From Azolla caroliniana (taxonomy: Eukaryota > Plantae > Polypodiophyta): a DNA stretch of 64,000 nucleotides. The stretch spans positions 3,782,001 through 3,846,000 of the forward strand of contig JBHGNT010000009.1 of assembly GCA_043228905.1 (NCBI GenBank). Reading direction: 5' to 3'. Positions 8,760-20,737 of this stretch are shown piece after piece (within the stretch, counting starts at the first letter, position 1; every line of letters starts with the position of its first letter). A program made the translations under genes and the position numbers. The notes beneath the pieces are model-generated. The model was not told the origin of the DNA, searched no databases, and saw only the letters and a program-made list of their open reading frames with translations.

Positions 8760-11369
8760 TCCTTCCATTTATGCGCGATCCTTCCACTTGTGAACGCGAA
8801 CGTGTCCGTGAAGTCCTCGGAAGTCAACGTATAACAGTCATCTCCTTCCTTCCGCCGGTTTGCCACATCCGCCCGTAGCAACTGGAGTTCCGCCGCGTTT
8901 TGTGCCCACTTTGTCCACCATTTTACTGAGCTTTCATCAATCAAGTGTTTTGTCTAATTCAGCCATGCCCGGAGGATGGACTGAATCCGGCTCGTACCCA
9001 ATTGCGATTTGGTTTCCGCCGCTTGCCGTTCCTCCTTCAGTTGTTTGATGATTTTGACGTTGTCCTCCACCTGCGCCTTGTAATGCGTCAATTGCCTTTG
9101 ATATGTGCTTTGTAATTTCTGCAATACTGTTGACGCTCTCTCTTTGTCTTCCTGCTGCTGCCTCTGGAGCTCCATCCGGACCTTCTCCGCCTCGTCCAAG
9201 CGTCTTGTATTTTCCGCCCGTTCGTCGGCGATTGCCGTCGCGGCCCGATCAACTGCCTGCTGGAGCTTGGCCATCCGTTCTTTATGCTCCGTTTCCAACC
9301 GTTTGTAGTCCCGGTGCAGGTGCTCAAAATCATCCGTCTTTTGCTTGAGCCGTGCGTTGATCTGACGACGGGCCCGGTCCTCGCGATCCTTCTGCTGGCG
9401 GAGCTCATCCTTTAGCCGTTCAATCTCTATTTCCGCCATTTTCCGCAGCTTGTCCTTTTCCTGCAGCACTTTGTCTTTCTCCTCCTTTAGCCGGTTGTAC
9501 GCTTGATGGCCTTTCCGGAGGCTCTCCTCTGCCCGGCGGAGGTTCTTAGCAGTCTTCTTTAATTCGGCTTCGGCCGCCGTCTTCAATTCTCGTTCACGGC
9601 TCCTTAGCGCTTCTTGTGCGGCAAGTTCATCTCTCAATTCCGCAAGCTCCTGAGCTTGTGCCACATCTCTCGCCGGAACGGTTTCCATTGCCGGGGTCTT
9701 ATTGCTATGTACAGGTCGTTCCGTTTCTTTATTCTGTACACTTACTGAAGTCACCGGTGATTGGATCCGTATTTTGGCCATCTCTGTTGTGACCTGATCC
9801 AAGTCTTTTTCAAGGCACCGGATTCTGGACCGGGCCGTCTCTAGTTGTTCGGTTGTGACGAGCAACCGTTCGCTTTGCGCTCTTTCTTCCGCCTCAATAT
9901 ACCCCACTGCTCCGGCTATCTGTTCGCCTATCCACCGGAGCCACAGGCTACCGGTGCCTTGTTGTGCTTGCACGGAGGTTTGACAGATGGGCTCACTTGT
10001 AGAGGGGTGGTCCCGCCTGGTTGCACCGAGTTGCAGTTCCGTTTCTACCCGTGGGTCACCTTGCTGTCCTGGTTCCCCTTGCGCTTCTTCTTGGCTGACT
10101 GAGGGAGGCTGCATTGACCTTTCCGACTCTGGCGGGATGGGACTTGCCGGTGTTGCCGGTGGTGCCGGGGCTTCTGTTTCCGGTTCCATATGCACCGGTT
10201 CCGGTTCCTTCTTTGGCGTGGGAGTCTCAGTATGGGGAGCCAGTGTTCCCTCTGTCTGAGGGTCCGAACGTTTCCCGGCTGCCTCAACGGTCCTTGCCGA
10301 CGACCGTCGCTGGAGGTGCTCCGTAGGCTCCTCCTCTATTTCCTCCTCCTGAGCTCCGGCATTGAGTTTTTCCGCCAAGGGGTCCGCTTCTCTATTCACC
10401 GGTCGGTGGAGTGTGACCTTTACGGGCCGTGCCGGTGGTTCCTCCTGCGCCTCCGTTGGGCGCTTCTGGATGCCGCTTCCTGTTGCCGCCTGTTCTGCAT
10501 CCGCCACCTTTCCCTTAGTGGCCTTAGAGGCCAACAGCTGTTGCCATTTGGAAGCCATCCTTGGGGTGTCGTCCGCCACTCTTCCTCGCTTCTTGGGCTG
10601 GACGGCTGGACGGGTGGCACAAGCAAGGTGAGCCACTGCGTTACGGCGTGCCATATCCTCCATCTGTCTCGACCTTCTTTGCTGTCTTTGCCTCTGACGA
10701 TCTCATCACCGCACACAACCCGTCTGCGATCAATACCGGCCAATCCACCTTGATCCCTTCATAGGTGGCGATGATCATCCCTACCTGGTTCTGCGGCATG
10801 ACAGGGGGTCTAGGGTACACGTGGCCGTATTCATGGAGCACACGAGCAATTTCGCAGAACAACATATCTCCGCCGCCCTGTGTCCGGTAGCCCTTGCTGG
10901 CTAGAGAATACTCACCAAAATACCTGATGAGTTGCTCCGGGGTTGGATTGTCGATCGTGAGTATGCCTCCCTCCGGAAGGCCTGTTAACGCTCGAATCGC
11001 CTCTGCCGTTATGACCTCTGTATCGATTTCCTTGATCACTTTGTCGGCTTCTTTGTGTGGCGGTACTTCCATCATCATCAAGAAGCCCTCGAGCCCGTGT
11101 TGCTTCAGCCATGTCTTGGCGGCTTCCAACAGCGTTTGCGGGTCCATGTCTGTGTCGAGGTCGGATGGCGGTGGCGAGGTTGGATGGTGATGAGAGTGAG
11201 GTTGAGAAAGAGAGAGTTCAGAAGGCGGGGGTTCTCTGTGCGCAGGTTCTCGTCTGATGATCTTGCAACGTCTTGGTGCTTCTGTGCTCCTGGGTTCGCG
11301 AAAGTAGAGGGTCTCTACACGCAGTGGTTTTTGTTTGTGCATTCTGGCGCCTTTTTCGAGTGTGTGCAT
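8760..11369 (-). pseudogene. Extra (env-position) ORF of the Ty3 element: globular N-terminal domain, Pro/Glu-rich linker and long coiled coil; frameshifted
   Basis: ORFs 10641-11369, 8954-10663 and 8651-8944 lie in series, on the same strand as pol and downstream of integrase. The heptad-rich helical region spans roughly 9000-9870. Confidence 0.7.
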
Positions 11370-11518
11370 GTCGCGTACTTAAAATAGCATTATGTCCTGT
11401 GGTGGTGCTTTAAATGCCCACTACGTACCTTTTCGCTCCTCGCTCTTTCATCCATTCATTCCTCGCTTTTGCATGATTGTTTTTTTTTTTTCCAGTTATT
11501 ATTTTTATTAGTGTGACG

Positions 11519-13864
11519 TCACTTGTTCGTTGGTCCTCTCGGACCCTTACCGGCCTCATTCTCCCCAGTTACCGGCTCGCCTTCTCTACCGTCTTGGTGG
11601 TTGCCGTTTCCCTCACTGGTGTCGGTCCTTCGCTCAAATGGGTTCTTAGGCATCGGTCCTCTATATGCCTTTAACCAGAATCCGTTGACCCATTTGCCTA
11701 GCACTTCGCCGGCAAGTGTCCCTAACTGGTAGGACCCATTATACTCCCGTGTTAGCCAATATGGTCCGGTCCATCTAAACCGTAGCTTACCTGGCATCTT
11801 GCCCATCCGGGTTTGGAATACTAACACCGATTTGCCGATTGCGAACATTTTTTCGTTACCTTTCCTGTGCCGGTCGACAAATGCTTTCCGTCGCCGTTGC
11901 TCCAATTCTAAATGTAGGATGCTGGCTAGTCGTTGTTCCTCGAGCTCACACAGCGCTGTCAACCTTATTGCCTCCGACTCCTTCTCGTTCAGCCGTTCCC
12001 GTAGCTGGATCCGTAAGCTAGGTACTTGGAATTCTACCAGCATGACCGCCTCTAGTCCGAACGCTAACCGGAACGGTGTTGTTTGGATGCTCGTTTTGTA
12101 TGCCATCCGGTATGCCCAAGCGCACTATGTAGCTTTGTGTCCCAATCCGTCCGGTTTTCGTTGACGATCTTTCGGAGGATATTCTGGAGCGTCTTGTTTG
12201 TTGATTCCGCTAAACCGTTCGCCTGTGGATAGTAAGGTGTGCTCCGTTTGTGTACAACGGCATAGAAGGTCGTCAGGCTTTCCACTACGTGGCCGAGAAA
12301 GTGCCCCCCTTGGTCACTTATCAATTCAATGGGGCATCCGTAACGGCACCAGATGTACTCATATAGAAACTTTGCCGTTGACGCAGCGGTGTTATCCCGT
12401 AAGGCTTTGGCCTCCACCCATTTCGTGCAGTAATCCGTAGCAACGATAACGTACCGATTACCCGTTCTCATTGCCGGTGGCTTGAAGGGTCCTACAAAGT
12501 CCAGCCCCCACTTTTGGAATGGCTCGAGTGGTAGTACCGGTTGGTGTGGCATACGAGCCTGCTCCGTTGGCTGGCCCATTCTCTGGCATAGGTCACATTC
12601 TTTTGCGTACCGTACCGCATCTCTTAATGTCGTTGGCCACCAAAGGCCACTTTGCCATATTTTTTTGGCCGTCGCATCTCCGGCATAGTGACCTCCGGCA
12701 ACTCCGCAGTGGGGTTCCCTCAGTATCAGTTTCTTTTCATTGCTGCGCACCGCCCATCTCCATATGCCGTCCGCGCCCTTGTGGTACAGTGTGTCTTGCA
12801 GTAAGCAGAAATGCCGGCTTTGCACCGCCAGGCGTTTCCGTTTGTCCCGGTTCATCTCTTCCGGAGGCAGTCCTGTGCTCAGAAACTGGTGCATATTTGT
12901 GAGCCATTTGTCTTCTTGTGCCACCGTCTCATCTGCTGTCGTCTCCATAGTGACTCGAAAAAGCTCTGCATCCGGAAACTCATCCGCTACACCGTCACCC
13001 GTCTCTCCGGACTCTAATCGGCTTAAGTAATCCGCCACGGCATGCTGTATACCGGGTCGGTGGAATATTTCAAACTCGAACTCCTGTAACAGTAAGGTCC
13101 ACCGGGCCAACTTGCCGGTGAGTGACGCTTTGGACACTAGGTAAAGGAGTGTCGAATGATCTACATGGAAGGAAAACTTCCTTCCCAACAAATAATGCCG
13201 AAACTTTGTCACACTGTAGATCATCCCTAGAGCTTCCCGTTCCGTAGTAGAGTAGTTCCGTTCTGCTTGGGATAGCTTCCGGCTGGCATAGTACACTGGC
13301 CGGTACCACTTTGGTTCCGTAAGCTGCATTAGTACACTTCCGATTGCGATGTCGGAGGCGTCCACGAACATGTGAAATTCTTTACTCCAATCCGGAGGTT
13401 GCACTACCGGTGCCTGCGACAATAGTACCTTGAGGGTCCTATACGCCCTATCCTCCGTGTCGGTCCACTGGAATGGTGTCCGATGTACGGCGGCATGCAA
13501 TGGTGTAGCCAGGTCGGCCAAGTATCGGAGCATCCGACTGTGCCACCGGATCTGGCCTAAGAACCGGATTAATGCCTTTGCCGTTACCGGCGCCGGTGCT
13601 TCTAATATGGCTTTCACTTTGTCCGAGTCGACTGCAATACCTTCCTGGCTCACAATATGTCCTAATAAGGTTCCACTGGACACGCCAAATACACACTTTG
13701 CCGGATTCAAGCTTAGCCGGTACGCTCTACACTTTTCTAGACAAAGACGGAGGTGCTGAAAATGGTCCTCCTCCCGGCTATAGACGGCGAAATCGTCAAG
13801 GAAAACCTACATAAAAGCCATGATGATTCGTTGAAATGTTGCCGGTGCCGTTTTGAGTCCGAAC
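11519..13864 (-). pseudogene. Ty3 pol 3' part: RT C-terminus, RNase H, integrase
   Basis: VDASDIAIG, ERNYSTTERE, WGLDFVGP, ISDQGGHF, YPQANGLAES and GPY motifs; frameshift at ~12120. Confidence 0.92.
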
Positions 13865-14243
13865 TGTTGGGATTTCGGTCCCTCCGGATGGGATGTCCGG
13901 AGATGAATGACGGCAAGCCCGGTTGCGGTTACGGAACCGGAGGATGAAGAGTACCCGGCTACGGATCCGGATGATGAAGACCCCGGCTACAGAGCCGGAT
14001 GATGAAGACCCCGGCTACGGAGCCGGATGATGAAGACCCCGGCTACGGAGCCGGATGACGAATGTACCCGGAGAGAGATCCGGATGCGGGGACATATTTG
14101 TGAATATGTTTGCCAAGGGCCCTTGAGGCTATATTTGTAAATAGCCCGAAAGTCATATGTGTATAAATATGACTTAGGGCAAACAGTTTAGTAGCTGTTA
14201 CTCATTTTTCTGTTTTTCCACTTAGAGGGAGCTAAGTGAGCAG

Positions 14244-14278
<35 letters not shown>

Positions 14279-17200
14279 GAAGAGGTCGTTGCCTCTGTGT
14301 ATTACCGCCGCCTGTGGCGAAGACAGTGAGCTCAAGGTTGTTGCCTTGTAGCTTCACCATTGTACATCTCTGTTTATAGTGATAGTTGGAGTTTGAGGAC
14401 TCCCGTGGTTTTTCCCATTTAGGGTTTTCCACGTAAAACATCCTGTGTACTCTTCTCTCTATTGTCTTCGTGCATTTTGTATTTCCTGTTTACTGTGAGT
14501 TGATCCTATTCCTCGGTTGTGGCCGAGCAGTGTGTTTAACAAAGTGGTATCAGAGCGACGGTAACACAGAAAATGGAAGGCGGCGGTAGTGGGCCTCTGG
14601 GCATGATGGTGTTGAACTCACAGAACTACGCCGACTGGAAGATAAAGATGGAAGACCTTCTCATCGTCCGAGACCTGTACGAACCGATCGACAATGCCGA
14701 GATACCCAAGGGGGTAATAGAGTCGGAGTGGAAGCTCCTGAACCGGAAAGCTGTAGCGACGATCCGGCAATATGTCGATGTAAGTGTTCTGCAACATGTG
14801 GCGAACGATACGAACGCCTATGAGATGTGGCAGAAGCTGCCCGGACTGTATGAGAGGAAGAATGCTCTGACCCGGACCTCCCTGATGAGGAAGATAGTGA
14901 ATCTTAAGTACCGGGACGACGAGAGCATGGTCGAACACGTCAGCACGTTCATGGGATTCGTGAACCAGCTTGCGGCGATCAAGTTCCCATTGGATGACGC
15001 AATGCAAGCCATCATGCTGATGTGTACCCTTCCGGAGAGCTGGGAGAACTTGGTAGTTACTCTCAGCACCTCCTGTAAGGAAGAGAACTTGTCTTTACTA
15101 ACGGTAAAGACAAGTATTCTAAATGAAGAAGCGCGTCGGAGAGATAAAGAACCGGCCTCCGACTCGAAGGCGCTGCTTACCGAATCGGAACGGGGAAGAC
15201 AACGGAACCGGAGTCCGCAAAGACGGGAGAAGTCGGGGACACGGTCGCAGTCGAGGGGAAGACCTACATGCTTCTACTGTGGGAAGCCGGGGCACTTCCA
15301 GAAGAACTGTCGGCATTTCCGGAAAGACAACGGAATCGACGGTACCGATTCGAAGAAGTCACCGGAGCGAAACGGTGCATACCGGGGAGCCACGGACCGG
15401 AGAGGTCCGGATCGGCGAGGGCAGGACCGGAAAGGAACGACGGCACTCGCGGCAAGTGAAGAAGAGATAATGCTCATTACCGAAGAGAGGGAGCTGAACC
15501 TTGCCGGTGAAGAGATGACCTGGGTGGTCGATTCCGGAGCGTCGTTCCACCTGACCCCGGAGAAGAAATACTTCTCATCCTACACAGCCGGTGAGCATGG
15601 CTGTGTTCGGATGGGAAATGAAGGTACATGCCGGATTTCCGGCATAGGAGACGTGTGGCTGATGACATCAACCGGATGCAAGATGCTGTTGAAGGATGTC
15701 TGACACGTTCCGGAGGTTCGATTGAACCTGATTTCGGCCGGGAGGCTAGACGATGAAGGCTACACGGGTAGCATCCGGAACGGTGTCATGAAGTTCAGCA
15801 AAGGGAGCCTGATAGTGGCTCGGGCCCGGAAGGTCAACACACTGTACCTGATGAATTCCCGGCTATGTCCGGAGGAGCTGAACGTGGCAACTGACACTGC
15901 CGGTGAGCTGTGGCACAAGAGACTGTGCCACATGAGCGAGAAGGGGATGAAGAGGCTTGCCGAAGACAACCTGATACCGGTAAAGCACGTACACTTGGGG
16001 AAGTGTACCGACTGTGTGGCCGATAAGCAAAACCGGACCTCCTTCCGCTCAAGACCACCGATGAGACGTAGTGTACCATTGGAGTTGGTACACACTGATG
16101 TGTGTCAGGTAGAAACGAAGTCACATGGCGGAGCCCAGTACTTCGTAACATTCATAGATGACCACAGCCGGAAGCTGTGGACGGCACCGTTGAAGACAAA
16201 GGACCAAGTATTGTCCGTCTTCAAAGAACTCCACGCGAGAGTGGAAAGGGAATCCGGCAAGAAGCTGAAAGCGATACGAGCGGATAACGGAGGGGAATAC
16301 CGGGGGCAGTTCGAGGAGTACTGTCGTTCGACGGGAATCCGGCTCGAGTTTACTGTGCCGAAGACGCCGGAACTGAACGGGCTGGCCGAGAGGATGAACC
16401 GGACCATAATGGAGAGGGTCCGGAGTATGCTGGCGCATGCGAAATTACCCAAGGGGTTTTGGGCTGAGGCAATGTCGACGGCGACATACGTGATAAACAG
16501 ATCACCCTCAGTACCTTTGGACGGAGACACGCCGCAGAGAGTGTGGACCGGTAGGGAAGTATCCTACCGGCATCTGAAGGTGTTCGGGTGTCTCGCATAT
16601 GTGCATGTGGCAAAGGACCGGAGAGGAAAGCTAGATCCAAAGACCCGGCCATGCATATTCCTCGGTTACGGCGATGACGAGTTCGGCTACCGAGTATGGG
16701 ACCCGGTCGACAAAAAGATATTCCGGAGTCGTGATATCATCTTCATGGAGGACAAAACACTCGCCGACTGGGAGTCGGAGAAGAAGATGAAGAGCTCCAA
16801 GTCGACTGGTGAGGATCAACTCTACGAGGAGCAGTCCCGACCGGCAAGGGACCAGTTAACACTCGAGGATCCGGCCGAAGACGGTGAAGAAACAGAACCG
16901 GCCGAGGAAGATGAAACTGATACCGGAACCGGCCCCGATCCCGAAATGGATTCGGATGAAGAGGAAACGGAGGAGCCGGTTACCGAAGCTCCGGAACGGA
17001 GATATCCTCTAAGAGAGAGAAGGGCCCCCCGGAGATTTCCGGAACCAGAGCACGTGCTGCTAACCGACGAGGGGGAGCCGGAGAGTTTTGAAGAAGCAAA
17101 GCTTGACACCCATAGCCGCAGGTGGTTAAGTGCCATGCAGGAGGAGATGGATTCCCTGCATGAGAACCACACATATGAACTTGTGGAGTTGCCGAAAGGA

Positions 17201-19033
17201 AAGCGGGCACTTCGAAACAAGTGGGTGTTCAAGCTGAAACCGGGAGATGCCGGAAACCCCCCGAGATACAAAGCCAGGATCGTGGTGAAGGGGTTCCAGC
17301 AGAAGAAGGGCGTCGACTTCGACGAGATATTTGCCCCGGTAGTGAAGATGACCTCCATCCGGACGGTGCTGAGCATAGCAGCAAGCATGGACCTCGAGGT
17401 AGAACAGATGGACGTGAAGACGACATTCCTTCACGGTGACCTCGAAGAAGAGATCTACATGCAGCAACCGGAAGGATTCGAGAAGAAAGGGAAGGAGCAC
17501 CTGGTATGCCGGTTGAAGAAGAGCCTTTACGGACTGAAGCAGGCTCCCCGGCAGTGGTACCGGAAGTTCGACTCCTTCATGACCAACGAAGGGTACCACA
17601 AAACGCAGTCCGATCACTGCGTGTTTGTGAAGAAGTTCGAAGGAGGAGACTTTCTAATACTCCTCCTGTACGTGGACGACATGTTGATCGTTGGACGGGA
17701 CCAGGTCAAGATACGGATGCTGAAGAAAGCGCTTCACCGAACCTTCTCAATGAAGGACCTGGGTCCGGCGAGGCAAATACTAGGGATGCACATCATCCGG
17801 GACCGGAAGAAGAAGCAGTTGTGGCTGTCACAGGAGAAGTACGTGACAAAGGTGCTTCACCGGTTCAACATGTCGGAAGCAAGACCGGTCGGGTCGACCC
17901 TCCCGACAAACTGCAAGTTATCCGGCAAGCAAAGTCCCAAGACAAAAGTTGAAACGGAGGATATGATGAAGATACCATATGCCTCTGCAGTCGGGAGCTT
18001 GATGTACGCAATGGTGTGTACCCGACCGGACATTGGATACGCAGTCGGAGTGGTGAGCCGGTATATGAGTAATCCCGGCAAGGAGCACTGGAACGCGGTC
18101 AAATGGATACTCCGATACTTAAAGGGCACTTCGAACATGTGCCTCCGATTCGGCTCCGATAAGCCCGAACTCGATGGATTTACCGATTCGGACATGTCGG
18201 CTGATGCGGATACCAGCCGGTCTACATCTGGGTATGTAATGACATATGCAGGGGGAGCCGTTTCGTGGCAGTCGAGGTTGCAGAAGACGGTTGCGTTGTC
18301 AACCACGGAGGCGGAGTACATGGCGGCTGTTGAAGCCGGCAAGGAAATAATATGGATGAAGGACTTCATTAGAGAGCTCGGTATCCGGCAGGAGGAGTAC
18401 CGGCTCTACTGCGATAGTCAGAGTGCCATCCACCTTGCGAAGAACGCTGCCTACCATTCCCGGACGAAACACATCCAGCGTAGATACCACTGGATCCGGG
18501 AAAGGATAGAAGACAAGGAGTTCGTGTTGACGAAGATCCACACGGACGAGAACGGGTCGGATATGCTGACCAAGGTGGTCACACCCGACAAGCTGGAAGC
18601 ATGCCGGAAGAGGATCGGATTGGAGAGACATCCCATGCCGAAGTGAAGGGGGAGTTTGTTGGGATTTCGGTCCCTCCGGATGGGATGTCCGGAGATGAAT
18701 GACGGCAAGCCCGGTTGCAGTTACGGAACCGGAGGATGAAGAGTACCCAGCATGAAGCCGGATGAAGAGTACCCGGCTACGGATCCGGATGATGAAGACC
18801 CCGGCTACGGAGCCGGATGATGAAGACCCCGGCTACGGAGCCGGATGACGAATGTACCCGGAGAGAGATCCGGATGCGGGGACATATTTGTGAATATGTT
18901 TGCCAAGGGCCCTTGAGGCTATATTTGTAAATAGCCCGAAAGTCATATGTGTATAAATATGACTTAGGGCAAACAGTTTGGTAGCTGTTACTCATTTTTC
19001 TGTTTTTCCACTTAGAGGGAGCTAAGTGAGCAG

Positions 19034-19072
<39 letters not shown>

Positions 19073-19335
19073 GAAGAGGTCGTTGCCTTTCTGTATTACC
19101 GCCGCCTGTGGCGAAGACAGTGAGCTCAAGGTTGTTGCCTTGTAGCTTCACCATTGTACATCTCTGTTTATAGTGATAGTTGGAGTTTGAGGACTCCCAT
19201 GGTTTTTCCCATTTAGGGTTTTCCACGTAAAACATCCTGTGTACTCTTCTCTCTATTGTCTTCGTGCATTTTGTATTTCCTGTTTACTGTGAGTTGATCC
19301 TATTCCTCGGTTGTGGCCGAGCACTGTGTTTAACA
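13865..19335 (+). mobile_element. Full-length, young Ty1/Copia (Tnt1/Tork-like) element inserted in the Ty3 RT
   Basis: Near-identical LTRs at 13865-14541 and 18657-19335 (TG...CA). 5-bp TSD CGAAC at 13860-13864 and 19336-19340. PBS TGGTATCAGAGC (tRNA-iMet) at 14545-14556. PPT at ~18645-18654. Confidence 0.97.
14573..18646 (+). CDS. Copia gag-pol polyprotein (gag, CCHC, PR, IN, RT, RH) with a single in-frame TGA at 15701-15703
   Basis: ORFs 14573-15703 and 15722-18646 share a frame. Motifs: CFYCGKPGHFQKNC, WVVDSGAS, RADNGGEY, LYVDDML, FTDSD. Confidence 0.95.
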
Positions 19336-20737
19336 CGAACATCATCACCACGGCCACGAACACCCCCCATTCGGTGACGAATGCCGTTTTCTCTTGGTCG
19401 TCGGGGTGCATCCGGATCTGATTATACCCGCTGAATCCGTCTAGGAAGCTATAGACCTCATGGCCGGCGACGGCATCCAACACTCCATCTGTGAACGGAA
19501 GTGGAAACGCATCCGTTACCGTAGCCGCATTGAGTTTCCGGTAGTCCACGCAAACTCGAATTTTTCCGTTCCTCTTCAGTACGACTACAATCGGGCTCAG
19601 CCATGTCGCTTTCTTTACCGGACGGATAAAGCCAACTCTTAGCAGTTTGTCAATTTCCTCCTTGACTTTGGCGGCATAATTGGGATTCATCCAGTACCGT
19701 CTTTGTGCCATTGGTTTTGCGTCCTTGCTCAAGTGCACCTGATGCTGGTATAACTGAGGGTCGAGTCCTCGCATATCTTCGTATGACCAGGCGAACACAT
19801 TGCGGAATTTCGTGAGAAGTGTGATCATCGCCGTTTTGTCTTTGGATTTCATCTCCTTGGCGATGTGCACCGGTTTTGCTTCGTCCGTGGTGCCTAGGTT
19901 CACCTCTTCCAGTTGCGACGCTTTCACGCACTGTGAAACGGCCATTTCCCGTTCCAATGCTTCCTGCGCTTGCCGTAACTCCCGGATTGCATCTTTATCC
20001 GGTTCTGCTTCAGCCTCTTCCGGTTGCGGTAAGTATGGTGCTACTGCTTCGGCAATGTCAATTTCGAAGAGGGGTATGATCTTCGGGTTTACCTGCAGGT
20101 ATTGAGCTTCTTCTTCGTCCGCTAACCCTTCTAGCATGTTGACGCATTCCGCATACAACTGTGTACATTCCTTGCTAGTGCTCGTCCTTGGCTGTGTTGG
20201 TACCCGTACCTTGGCTTTTCCTCGCCGGAAGGTAATTATATTTTTTCGCCAATTCTGTTTGATATGTGCCGTTTTCAACCATAGCCGCCCCAGCAATAGC
20301 GGGTATGCGCCTTGTGCCTGTAATTGTAGCACTACGGCCGAGATGTGAAATGTATGACCGTCGACGGTGACTTCTAATTTCCGTATTAATCCTGTTGGCC
20401 GCACTGAGCTTGTATCGGCCATCCGCAACAAGAACGGACACGGCTCCCACTCGTGGATTCCTAGGTCATCACACGTCCGGAGGCTTATTACATTCACCCC
20501 AGAGCCTCCGTCTATAACTGTGCCGGGGAGTTCTTTCCCTTTTACAATGGCAATGATTACCGGACTGCTGGTGTCCACCACCGTTGGTCCCTCCTCCGGA
20601 TTTGAGAAGAGTACCGGTGCCGGTGATGGTTCTCCTGCCGTCATGGCCGTCTTTAGTCCTTCCGTGAATCTTGGCACGAGTTGTAGGAGTCTTCCTAGTG
20701 GTAACGTAATCTGGCATTCTTGCAACGCCTGCCATGT
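19336..20737 (-). pseudogene. Ty3 pol 5' part: protease and RT N-terminus, interrupted by the Copia
   Basis: VIDGGSGVNV, RVCVDYRKLN, FLDGFSGYNQI; in frame with gag across a single TAA at 20738-20740. Confidence 0.92.

Larger units (their letters stand above)
1..8760. mobile_element. Putative DNA transposon carrying a ParB-like/amino-methyltransferase gene and a Sola-like transposase; left end lies outside the window
   Basis: AT-rich block with two divergent genes. Near 8750-8760 it switches abruptly to a GC/CCGG-rich Ty3 accessory ORF, which it appears to truncate. TIR and TSD cannot be verified because only one end is present. Confidence 0.6.
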
